Assembly (NCBI GenBank): GCA_050014495.1
Contig: JBEKDF010000046.1
Span: 1-18,973 of the forward strand
DNA length: 18,973 nucleotides
Origin: Candidatus Bathyarchaeia archaeon
GTDB lineage: Archaea; Thermoproteota; Bathyarchaeia; TCS64
Direction: 5' to 3'
Below are positions 8,876 through 17,015 of this stretch, one piece after another; position 1 is the stretch's first letter, and every line of letters begins with the position of its first letter. A program made the position numbers and the translations under genes. Below the pieces are notes generated by a model. That model saw only the letters and a program-made list of their open reading frames with translations, ran no database searches and was not told the origin of the DNA.

Positions 8876-9715
8876 ATGAACATTTTATTACGTAAAGTCA
8901 AACCGGAGGACAGGGAAAAGATCCTCTTGGTTGAGTTGAAGTCGACGCCGGATCTCAGGTATTTGCCTTATGTCTTTGATATGTTCGTCGATGATAGGGT
9001 TGGTGAGTTTAGCGTCGAGGAATTCGACGGGGAACTCGTCGCCTGTGGGAAATACACGATAGTACCAGATGGCTCAGCGTGGCTTGAAACCCTTCGAGTC
9101 ATCCCTGAGCGGCAGGGACTGGGGCTTGGTAAGCACCTTTACGAGCATTGGCTCGAGCTCGCAAGTGTTCAAGGGGTGAAGGCCATGAGGATGTACACAG
9201 GCATCACCAATGTGGTGAGTAGCAGCCTCGCAGAGCGATATGGGCTAACCCTTCAGGGGACCTTCAAGGGGGCGACCCTCCCTGTTCACGCTGACACAAG
9301 GGAAAAGGGAGGATTCGTGCCAGTTCCAGACCCAAGGGAAGCAACTGAACTACTCATGCCACTGGCGGATGAATGGATGGGCTGGCTCGTGATGAATCGC
9401 ACATTCTACAAGCTAACCCCAGACCTCTGTGAGGATATGGCGAAACGAGGGATGGTTTATAGAGACTCGGAGACTAGGAGCATCGTGACGCTGGGTGCCC
9501 GCTTCATGCCCAAGAGTACTCTCCACATAGGAGTCTGGGACGGGGATGCAGAAGATTGCTTGCGGTTCGCCAATTGGAAGGCGGAGGAAAGGGGTATTCC
9601 ACAGCTGAGCTGCTTCTACGAGGTGACAACCACTAAGATCGGTAAGGAACTCGCACGCCACGGATTCAAATTCGATGCCTCCGACTACATCGTTAAGGGC
9701 ATATACCTCAACTGA
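8876..9715 (+). CDS. GNAT family N-acetyltransferase
   Basis: AWLETLRVIPERQGLGLG acetyl-CoA motif, N.VS..LAERYG. Likely start ATG 8876 (MNILLRKVKPED). Confidence 0.85.
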   Translation: MNILLRKVKPEDREKILLVELKSTPDLRYLPYVFDMFVDDRVGEFSVEEFDGELVACGKYTIVPDGSAWLETLRVIPERQGLGLGKHLYEHWLELASVQGVKAMRMYTGITNVVSSSLAERYGLTLQGTFKGATLPVHADTREKGGFVPVPDPREATELLMPLADEWMGWLVMNRTFYKLTPDLCEDMAKRGMVYRDSETRSIVTLGARFMPKSTLHIGVWDGDAEDCLRFANWKAEERGIPQLSCFYEVTTTKIGKELARHGFKFDASDYIVKGIYLN

Positions 9716-9759
9716 TCGTCAATTTTAGAGAGAAACGTCTAGCGGTTAATGTGAAGATT

Positions 9760-10791
9760 TTAGATTGGCCCCTTATCCTCGACGACTGTGTGTTTCATAA
9801 CCCCTATTGGTTGGATCTCACACTCCAGTACGTCTCCTATATTGAGGTAGCCCTCGGGTCCCCAGCTCGTAGCGACTCCGGCGCACGTGCCGGTGGCTAT
9901 GATATCTCCAGGGTTGAGAGTTGTTCCCCTACTCAGGTAGCTGACGAGGTCAGGGATCTTGATTATCATATCCTCGACGGTGCCATTCTGGCGTGTCTTG
10001 TTGTTGACGCGCGTCAATAGTTTGAGTGGCACTTTGTAGGGATCAGGTATCTCGTCTGCTGTTACTATGCAGGGACCCATAGGGGCAGCGTTATCCATCC
10101 CTTTACCCTTTGTCCAGTTTATGTCACCCTTGTAGAGGCGGAAGTCAACATCCTGAGGGAAACCCTGATCTCGGAAGCTCATGTCTATAAGGATGGTGTA
10201 GCCTGCGATGCAGCTGTAAGCATCTTCAGGCTTGACATCCTTGCACTTTTTACCGATGACTATGGCGAGCTCATTTTCGTAGTCGAGCTGCTGAGATACC
10301 TTTGGCTTGATAATAGGTACGCCTGTGCCAATAATGAGACTAGGCTGCTTCTGGAAACAGTCAGCGACCTTCAGATTGAGGTTTTTAAGGCGGGCTATCT
10401 CCTTCTTACGAATCTCTGGTTCTTTTGCCAATCGTTCGGTGGCGTGGTCGTAGTAATTGACGGCTGTGCAATAGATCTTCCCTGGGTAAGAGATGGGAGC
10501 CTGGATGCGAGCTTCCTCCCCAAGGATGAGTTTCTCCCCGTCAATGCCGACAAGGTTTTTCTTTTTTATCACCCACTTGAGGACTCTCTCAGCCTCCTTC
10601 TTCGACTTCTCCCCTCCCTCTAAGAATCCCCTCATGTCGGGTGGTATGAGGCCTGATGCTAGGTGATTCGGGAACAATTCTCCCCTCTCCTTCAGGTAGA
10701 CTTTATACGCTGAATTGAGGTCGACGATTCCTTCTTTAATCAAAGCACCGAGCCTGCACTCAGTATGGACCCTGAAAGTGACCAGCTTCAA
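9760..10791 (-). CDS. Fumarylacetoacetate hydrolase family protein
   Basis: KIYCTAVNY.DH, LDYENELAIVIGK, D.S.RD, KGKGMD...PMGP, TLNPGDIIATGT.AGV. Likely TTG start at 10791 (MKLVTF) after GGGAG. Confidence 0.92.
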   Translation of the reverse strand: MKLVTFRVHTECRLGALIKEGIVDLNSAYKVYLKERGELFPNHLASGLIPPDMRGFLEGGEKSKKEAERVLKWVIKKKNLVGIDGEKLILGEEARIQAPISYPGKIYCTAVNYYDHATERLAKEPEIRKKEIARLKNLNLKVADCFQKQPSLIIGTGVPIIKPKVSQQLDYENELAIVIGKKCKDVKPEDAYSCIAGYTILIDMSFRDQGFPQDVDFRLYKGDINWTKGKGMDNAAPMGPCIVTADEIPDPYKVPLKLLTRVNNKTRQNGTVEDMIIKIPDLVSYLSRGTTLNPGDIIATGTCAGVATSWGPEGYLNIGDVLECEIQPIGVMKHTVVEDKGPI

Positions 10792-10947
10792 GTTGGATCT
10801 CCCAGAAATCAGTTTGACCCAGTATATGATATTTAGCACTCTTTCTCTTACTTGATTAATCAAGAAGCCATCTTTTTTGTAGGGGTAGTTCGCATTAAGT
10901 TTCGAAGACGTTATACCGATATTGTAAGTTATCCCTTTTAGATTATT

Positions 10948-12135
10948 ATGATCGAAGACGCTGTGAAGTGCATTGATGACTCCTACACCATCCGTAAGCT
11001 TGAGGATATGATTAGGATCAACTCGATCGTTGGTAAGGAGGGGGAGTTAGCCGAGTACATCAGGGCCGAGCTGGAGAGTCTAGGCCTTAAAACCGAAACT
11101 CAGGTTGTGGAGCCCGGGAGGCCGAATGTTTACGCACGCCTCAAGGGAGACCTACCAGGGAAGAGGCTAAATTACAACGGTCACCTCGACACTGTTCCTA
11201 TAGTGGAAGGTTGGGAAACAGATCCCTTCAAACCCGTAAAGAGGGGAAACGAACTCATTGGGTTGGGTAGCTGTGATATGAAGGCGGGCTTAGCATCGAT
11301 TCTCACTATGTTTAAGGCGATTCAGGAATCGGGGCATAGATTCAGGGGAGAACTGAGCATCAGCGGTGTAGTCGACGAGGAGGCTATGGGGGAGGGTGCT
11401 AAGTCGATGCTGAAGACTGACTTTGCTAATGTTGACGCAATAATCCTCGCAGAGCCCTACCCCTGCGACGAATCGAAGCCTATGCCTTTAGGAATCACGG
11501 GTAAGTTACTATACGATGTTCATGTCTACGGGAAAGCTGCCCATGCTTTCCGCCCTCACCTTGGTGTTAACGCCGTTGAGGATGCTGCAAAAATAGTAGC
11601 AAATCTCGATAAGCTGAGCTTCCTCGACCATCCCGACTTCCATAAAGGCAACTACTCGACGCTGAAGTTTGAGGGGGGGTATCTGATCTACAGCGTAGTC
11701 ATCCCCGCCTCGGCGAGGTTCGAGGTAAATCGCTTGCTCGTCCCCGGTGAGACCGCCGCTACTTCGGTCGCAGATATGGAGCACCTCGTGGTGAGCCTTA
11801 ACCTGAAGAGCACCGTTGAGGTCAAAATCAAGCCTCCAAAATACGAGGCATATGTCATGTCGAGAGATGACCCAATCATTAAGGCCTTTGACCCTATCTA
11901 TAGGGAGATCATGGGGAAGCCCCCAGTCTACCAATATGCCTACGGAGTCACCGATGCTAACACCTTCGCAGGCGTCGGAAAGATACCCTGTCTCCACCTA
12001 GGACCGGCTCGAGGGGCCTCAGATCCAAAGAAGGGAGGAGGTACCCATGAGAAGAACGAGTACGTTGACGTCACATGGCTTCCAAAGGTCAGTAGAATGT
12101 ACGTCAAAATAGCTGATTCATTCCTCAACAACTGA
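10948..12135 (+). CDS. M20 family metallo-hydrolase (ArgE/DapE-like)
   Basis: NGHLDTVP, GLGSCDMKAG, VDEE, AEP, GKAAHA, TDAN, H..NEY metal-ligand motifs. Confidence 0.93.
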   Translation: MIEDAVKCIDDSYTIRKLEDMIRINSIVGKEGELAEYIRAELESLGLKTETQVVEPGRPNVYARLKGDLPGKRLNYNGHLDTVPIVEGWETDPFKPVKRGNELIGLGSCDMKAGLASILTMFKAIQESGHRFRGELSISGVVDEEAMGEGAKSMLKTDFANVDAIILAEPYPCDESKPMPLGITGKLLYDVHVYGKAAHAFRPHLGVNAVEDAAKIVANLDKLSFLDHPDFHKGNYSTLKFEGGYLIYSVVIPASARFEVNRLLVPGETAATSVADMEHLVVSLNLKSTVEVKIKPPKYEAYVMSRDDPIIKAFDPIYREIMGKPPVYQYAYGVTDANTFAGVGKIPCLHLGPARGASDPKKGGGTHEKNEYVDVTWLPKVSRMYVKIADSFLNN

Positions 12136-12171
12136 CCATTTATTTACCGCTTGTAAGGACAATGCGCGTGC

Positions 12172-12405
12172 TTTATCAAGATCTTTAACAAGGCATACAG
12201 GGAGACATTCGTAGTCGCACTTGAGTATTGTTACCACAAGAGCATCACTGATGCTAATACAATCGTAGGAGTGGGCTGCTTACCTCGCATTCACCTCGGC
12301 CCTAAGCCCGGAAACTCGCACCAATGTAACGAGTACGTTAAGCTCGAGTGGTTGCCTCCGGTAAGCAAGATATACGCATTGATAGCTGCCCGATATCTTG
12401 GGTAG
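12172..12405 (+). pseudogene. 3' remnant of a second, paralogous M20 hydrolase
   Basis: FIKIFNKAYRETFVVALEYCYHKSITDANTIVGVGCLPRIHLGPKPGNSHQCNEYVKLEWLPPVSKIYALIAARYLG* aligns with the C-terminus of 10948..12135 (IIKAF..IYRE...TDANT..GVG..P.LHLGP...H..NEYV...WLP.VS..Y..IA). No start codon; in-frame TAA at 12154. Confidence 0.85.
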
Positions 12406-12449
12406 GAACCCTGGGAATCGTTAACTACCCAAGGCTCAACTTGTTACGG

Positions 12450-12980
12450 ATGGACTTCTCTATTCTTCTTACTGTCGCCTACTTCCTCGTACTTGGTTTC
12501 CTGATCTGGCTCGTCTGGCCTATCTTCATAGGCGCTATCTTCCTCCCAACGCCTTATAATGTCGTTGAGAAGATGCTCTCCCTCGCTTACGTGGGGAAAG
12601 GTGATGTCCTCTACGATCTTGGCTCAGGTGACGGCCGGATAATTATTGGAGCCGCAGAACGAGGCGCAAACGCGGTCGGGGTAGAGGCTGACCCAATAAG
12701 GGTTATTTGGTCGAGACTTAGGATACGCAGGAACTTCAACCGTAACCGGCTACGTGTGATCTGGGGTGATTTCTTTAAGACTAGTGTTTCTGAGGCGACC
12801 GTTGTAACTGTTTACCAAGGTGAGACTATAAACAATAGGTTGAGAGAGAAATTCGAAGCCGAGTTGGCGCCAGGGTCTCGAGTGGTCTCTTACTCATTCC
12901 AGTTCGATGGGTGGGAGCCAATAAAGAAACATCCTGATGCAAATGTCTACCTCTACGTCGTTTCCTCAGTCAAGGCTTAA
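12450..12980 (+). CDS. Membrane-anchored class I SAM-dependent methyltransferase (resembles FAM173/aKMT-like protein-lysine methyltransferases)
   Basis: N-terminal TM helix, GAIFLPT, LYDLGSGDGRI, GVE.DP, GDFF, EL.PGSRVVSYSF. Start ATG 12450, since the ORF-track extension overlaps the M20 remnant. Confidence 0.85.
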   Translation: MDFSILLTVAYFLVLGFLIWLVWPIFIGAIFLPTPYNVVEKMLSLAYVGKGDVLYDLGSGDGRIIIGAAERGANAVGVEADPIRVIWSRLRIRRNFNRNRLRVIWGDFFKTSVSEATVVTVYQGETINNRLREKFEAELAPGSRVVSYSFQFDGWEPIKKHPDANVYLYVVSSVKA

Positions 12981-13005
12981 AAGTGGATTCATCAAATCCT
13001 GAGCC

Positions 13006-13341
13006 ATGTCAGAATCAGAGATAGTAAGCATTCGTGAGTTTAAACGCCTAGATATCCGCACTGGGACCGTCAAGGGGATCGAGCAGATAACTGGAAGCGA
13101 TAAGCTCTACAAGCTCCAGGTTGATATGGGGGACCACACTCGTCAGATAGTCACTGGCTTAGTGGAGTATTACAAACCCGAGGAAATCAAGGACAAAGTG
13201 ATTTGTGTCATCTGTAATCTCAAACCCGCGAAAATATTCGGAAGTGATAGCAATGGTATGCTTCTAACCGCCGAAAAAGATGGCAAACTTTCCCTACTCA
13301 CAACAGAACGAGAAGTTCCTAATGGATCAAAGATATCATAA
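13006..13341 (+). CDS. tRNA-binding OB-fold protein (MetRS C-terminal/Trbp111/CsaA-like)
   Basis: F..LDIRTG.V, DKLYKLQVDMG..RQIVTGL, NLKPAKIFG..SNGMLL, PNGSKI. Confidence 0.92.
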   Translation: MSESEIVSIREFKRLDIRTGTVKGIEQITGSDKLYKLQVDMGDHTRQIVTGLVEYYKPEEIKDKVICVICNLKPAKIFGSDSNGMLLTAEKDGKLSLLTTEREVPNGSKIS

Positions 13342-13404
13342 CACATTCGTGAAAAAACCTCATCCAAGTAAATGACATAAGCCACATCATGGTAGCCTTA
13401 CGGG

Positions 13405-14106
13405 ATGAAGGTCCTAGTAACAGGCGGAAACGGATACATTGGCTCCGAGTTGATGAAGGTCTTAAAGGTGGCGGGGCACTATGCAGTCCGCTTTGACATC
13501 GTTTCTGATCCGAGAGACGATGTAAGAGACGCCAAAAGGGTTGACAAGGCCGTCGCAGCCTCTGAAGTGGTCTACCACTTAGCCTCCCCCTGCATTGTTC
13601 AGGATAGCATTCGAAACCCTTGGAAATACTGGGACAATATAGTCAAAGGAACCGCCAATGTCGCCGACGCATCTAACAGACACGGAAAGCGTCTCATATT
13701 CACTAGTACACAGCTAGCCGCTGACAGTTTCTGCTGTTCCTGCTGTGGTCAACTCCAGTCTCCATACGCGGCTTCGAAGAGGGAGGCAGAGAAACTAGTC
13801 GAGGCGATCCCGAACACGTTCATTGTCAGACTCCCAAATATCTACGACCTCGAGGGAAGAGACCCTAACGACAGTCGCCTCTTTCCCCGTCTAAATAAAG
13901 CGGCTAAGATTAATGGGGTCGTTCGAATCCACCCCCCCGAGGACACTCCTGTAACTCTAATAGAGGTGAATCAATGCGCCCGTAACCTGCTTAGCTACAT
14001 CGAGGAGGGCACCGGAACTATACTAATGAAGGGTGAGACAATGACGATTAAACAGGTAGCACAACGTATAGCCTCGATCTATGGTGCAACTGTGGAAGTT
14101 GCTTGA
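13405..14106 (+). CDS. NAD(P)-dependent epimerase/dehydratase (extended SDR), short form
   Basis: KVLVTGGNGYIG, VYHLA, N..GT.NV, YAASK, R.PNIY. Confidence 0.85.
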   Translation: MKVLVTGGNGYIGSELMKVLKVAGHYAVRFDIVSDPRDDVRDAKRVDKAVAASEVVYHLASPCIVQDSIRNPWKYWDNIVKGTANVADASNRHGKRLIFTSTQLAADSFCCSCCGQLQSPYAASKREAEKLVEAIPNTFIVRLPNIYDLEGRDPNDSRLFPRLNKAAKINGVVRIHPPEDTPVTLIEVNQCARNLLSYIEEGTGTILMKGETMTIKQVAQRIASIYGATVEVA

Positions 14107-14116
14107 GGATAATAGT

Positions 14117-14134
14117 AAAAAAAACTGTACAGTT
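14117..14134 (-). terminator. Candidate terminator between convergent genes
   Basis: Perfect palindrome AACTGTACAGTT (14123-14134) overlapping an A8 run (T8 on minus strand, 14117-14124), downstream of the C2H2 gene. Confidence 0.4.
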
Positions 14135-14156
14135 ATTTCTTGAGGGGGGTATAATC

Positions 14157-14303
14157 TTACTGTTTTATAATCTGTTCCCAGGAAGCACGTTCAGTTCCAG
14201 GGTGGGAAGTTGCCTTGTGCTCTTCGAGGTTTACTCTCGTTGAGAACGACTCGTGACAAGTGGCGCAGTTGAAATTTTTATGCCCTACTCCTACTCGATC
14301 CAT
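14157..14303 (-). CDS. Small single C2H2 zinc-finger protein, 48 aa (not in ORF track)
   Basis: MDRVGVGHKNFNCATCHESFSTRVNLEEHKATSHPGTERASWEQIIKQ* matches F-x-C-x2-C-x3-F-x5-L-x2-H-x4-H exactly. Confidence 0.8.
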   Translation of the reverse strand: MDRVGVGHKNFNCATCHESFSTRVNLEEHKATSHPGTERASWEQIIKQ

Positions 14304-14500
14304 AATTTTTGAAAACATCAAATAATAATAAAGCATACCAGCTTAATAAGATTATGTAAAAAACAATTAAATATTAACATATATAAATTAAAATATTATC
14401 GAAATATTTATTTTAATTAACTAGTTTAAATCAATGGTTCATCATTTTTAATAGAAATATATAAAAAAAGATCCATTATTCGATTAGATTTTATAATAAA
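14304..14500. promoter_or_regulatory. Very AT-rich divergent promoter region
   Basis: Almost entirely A/T with several TATA-like boxes on both strands, between the divergent C2H2 and deacetylase genes; 10-bp inverted repeat at 14386-14395/14409-14418. Confidence 0.5.
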
Positions 14501-14599
14501 TGAGTAAGCATCGCCTCCTTCCACTCTTATGCACCATTATTTGAATCCAAACGTATCTCTTATACAGGCAACCGGCCTTCTTCTTCTGCGGTGAATTAA

Positions 14600-15091
14600 A
14601 TGGGCTTCTGGCCAAAAGGATACAAGTGTTGTGTCAACCTCAGCTTCGACTACGACTCGGATAGCGCCACGATCTGGCGAACTCCTCTAGACATAGTCAA
14701 CCAGAGTAGAGGGCGATTCGCCCCAAACGTTGCGATTCCACGCATCCTCGAGATGCTTGACCGCCACGAACTCAAGGCGACATTCTTCGTCCCTGGATGG
14801 ACAGCCGACAAGTACCCAGATTCTGTCAAGAGTCTAATCGAGCACGGCCACGAGATAGGTGCCCATGGCTACACTCACGAGCGTCTAGCTGAGATGAGCT
14901 GGGAGCTCGAGGAGAGCGTCTTCGAGAAGAGTCTCGCCACACTAAAGAAGTTCGGGGTGAAGCCTGAGGGTTTCCGTGCCCCATACTGGCTTATTAGCGA
15001 CCGCACCATAGAGAGGATTAAGCAGTTTGGTTTCAGCTACGACAGTGACTTCATGGAAGCATACAAAGTATGTCGTTTTCCAAATAGTTAA
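14600..15091 (+). pseudogene. Polysaccharide deacetylase (CE4, PuuE/PgdA-like), truncated after about 152 aa
   Basis: NLSFDYD, ATFFVPG, GHEIGAHGYTHE, GFRAPYW, YDSDFM, then an unrelated tail (EAYKVCRFPNS*). The C-terminal part with the last catalytic His motif is absent. GGTGA SD upstream. Confidence 0.85.
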
Positions 15092-15113
15092 ATAGACTTC
15101 TCAGACTCTATTT
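15088..15113 (+). promoter_or_regulatory. Candidate leaderless promoter of the integrase with overlapping inverted repeat
   Basis: TTAAATA at 15088-15094, 25-31 nt before ATG 15119; inverted repeat AAATAGA-N10-TCTATTT at 15090-15113. Confidence 0.45.
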
Positions 15114-15118
15114 CAACA

Positions 15119-16321
15119 ATGACAAGCAAAGTGGAAGCCCTGATAAGACAGCACGAAACCCAAGATCCTTTCGAGAAATTCATAGGTAGCATGAAGAATC
15201 AGAAAACCCAAGGATCTTACGCAAAGGAAGTTAAGGACTTCGCAAGCTGGATCGGTCTTGACTTCAACGAACTTTTAGAACTTGGCGAGAAGAACCAGCC
15301 AACTCTAACCGACAAAGTTGGGGAATATATCGACCACATACTAACCGACACAGTGAAGAAAAACGGTGCGAAGTACGGATATGGAAAGGGGAAGTGGATT
15401 AAAAAATCAATCCTGAAATTCTACTCAGTGAACCACATTAAGATAAGCATTGATAGAAGCGACCAGATTAACACTCTAACAAAGATTGTGCCAACCAAGC
15501 ACAGGAAATTTACCAAGATTGAGATTCAGAAACTATTGCACGTTTGTCCAAACGACAAGCTAAGGTCCCTGATTTGCTTCCAGAAGGATTCTGGTTTGCG
15601 CGTATCTGATCTTACCCAGATAAGATACAAAGACGTTAAGGAAGGCGTTTTCTCAGATGATGGCTTCGGATCTTTCATACTGTTAGACATTGAAAAGACC
15701 GACAAAACCGCACTGGTCTGCTTTGGCTTCGAGACTTCCAAATATCTCAAGTTGTGGCTTCCAGAACTTGAGAAAGAATTAGGCAGACCACTATTGGACA
15801 CAGACTTCATTTTCTGCCACCTCAAGAAACTAACCCTGAAGGGAAACCAGCTTAACGCCGATTCTCTCGACAGGATCATAAACAACCAGATCAATAAGTT
15901 GGGCTTCAAGGGCGAGCTTAGCTCAAACGCGCTTCGATACTACTTTGAGTCTGCCTTGGAAACGACCAGCATGAACAAGAATCTTATCCTAAAAATCCAA
16001 GGAAAACAGATTGGCGATTCAACCAAGCACTACTCTAAGCACGACTGTGAGGAAATGCTAAACGTGTACAGACCTGTATATTCTGCCTTAGTGATTGAGG
16101 AACAGGGTAACCCAGAACTCAAGAGCCAACTGGAAAGCCTACAAGAACAGACAGAGAATCAGAACCAGCTTATTAACGAACAGATCAAAGCGTACAACCT
16201 GAAAATGGGAGAAATGGAAGAGGAAATAAAGAGACTAAGACAGGCTAACGAAGAAAGAGACAGGGAACAGGCGCGGAAAGAACTATTTGGTGACGAGAAC
16301 CAGACCCAAGCTGGTGGATAA
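15119..16321 (+). CDS. Tyrosine recombinase/integrase with C-terminal coiled coil
   Basis: N-terminal SAM-like segment (KTQGSYAKEVKDF..W), DSGLRVSDLTQI, EKT, NALRYYF, IQGK, KHYS; Q/E-rich coiled-coil tail. Confidence 0.9.
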   Translation: MTSKVEALIRQHETQDPFEKFIGSMKNQKTQGSYAKEVKDFASWIGLDFNELLELGEKNQPTLTDKVGEYIDHILTDTVKKNGAKYGYGKGKWIKKSILKFYSVNHIKISIDRSDQINTLTKIVPTKHRKFTKIEIQKLLHVCPNDKLRSLICFQKDSGLRVSDLTQIRYKDVKEGVFSDDGFGSFILLDIEKTDKTALVCFGFETSKYLKLWLPELEKELGRPLLDTDFIFCHLKKLTLKGNQLNADSLDRIINNQINKLGFKGELSSNALRYYFESALETTSMNKNLILKIQGKQIGDSTKHYSKHDCEEMLNVYRPVYSALVIEEQGNPELKSQLESLQEQTENQNQLINEQIKAYNLKMGEMEEEIKRLRQANEERDREQARKELFGDENQTQAGG

Positions 16322-16434
16322 AACAACTAAACAAATTATTTAAATCTCAACCTAGTATCCTTTATAGAATCTCTAAATCATTATTATTCGCAAATAGCAC
16401 GGTAACTGCTTGCTACATAAGGACATAAAGATCG

Positions 16435-16464
16435 GGTGGTGTTGAACTAATACATCACACCACC
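16435..16464. repeat. Perfect 8-bp inverted repeat GGTGGTGT-N14-ACACCACC
   Basis: Read directly; GC-rich arms in an AT-rich intergenic region. Confidence 0.7.
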
Positions 16465-16552
16465 TTATTATCATAACATTTACATATTTTATAGCTCATA
16501 TCATTATTAATAAGTATGATAATGGATAATAATCGAAACGTAACATTCTTAA

Positions 16553-16771
16553 ATGGTTGTTGTACTATTACTGAGACAACCTATGGAAACAACAACCATT
16601 AAAAAGTTATTGAAATGCCCACGCTGTAAAAATGAGTGGGTAACCAAGAGTGATAGGGTAAAAGTGAATTGTACTTCATGTACAAAACCGATTTTAAATA
16701 CATACTCAACAAAGTATGCACAATATCTCGAATTCAAACGCAAGAAAGAAGCAAAGAGGAGAGTTAAATGA
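16553..16771 (+). CDS. Small zinc-ribbon protein with basic tail
   Basis: LKCPRCKNEW...VNCTSC; K/R-rich C-terminus; alternative start ATG 16583; ATGA overlap with the next gene. Confidence 0.75.
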   Translation: MVVVLLLRQPMETTTIKKLLKCPRCKNEWVTKSDRVKVNCTSCTKPILNTYSTKYAQYLEFKRKKEAKRRVK

Positions 16772-17007
16772 GTTTACCACTAAAGAAATGGCGTGAGATA
16801 AATCAGCTATTTTCTAAGAAGTTACCCTGTGACATTTTCACACTGTATGCAACATTGAAAATGGAATACCCAGAGAAAACAGATGAACAGATTAAGCTTG
16901 ATGTTCACAATTGGGTGGATACTCTGGATCAGGATATGATAAGCCAACTCATAATGGAAACACGTTATGAGGTTGAAAAAAGAAAGAAAATGTATAACTT
17001 GGGTTAG
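16768..17007 (+). CDS. Hypothetical protein, 79 aa
   Basis: GAGGAG SD and ATGA coupling to the upstream gene; helical composition. Confidence 0.65.
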   Translation: MSLPLKKWREINQLFSKKLPCDIFTLYATLKMEYPEKTDEQIKLDVHNWVDTLDQDMISQLIMETRYEVEKRKKMYNLG

Positions 17008-17015
17008 GTGAGAAA

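Noticed and set aside
7662..12131. Short antisense or alternate-frame ORFs within lig, GNAT, FAH and M20 genes
   Set aside because: Nested in or overlapping well-supported genes, with no independent features.
14304..14500. Chromosomal replication origin
   Set aside because: No ORB motifs and no adjacent host orc1/cdc6.
15040..15118. tRNA gene or fragment as the integration site
   Set aside because: No T-loop (GTTCRA) or cloverleaf; no tRNA or rRNA recognised anywhere in the window.
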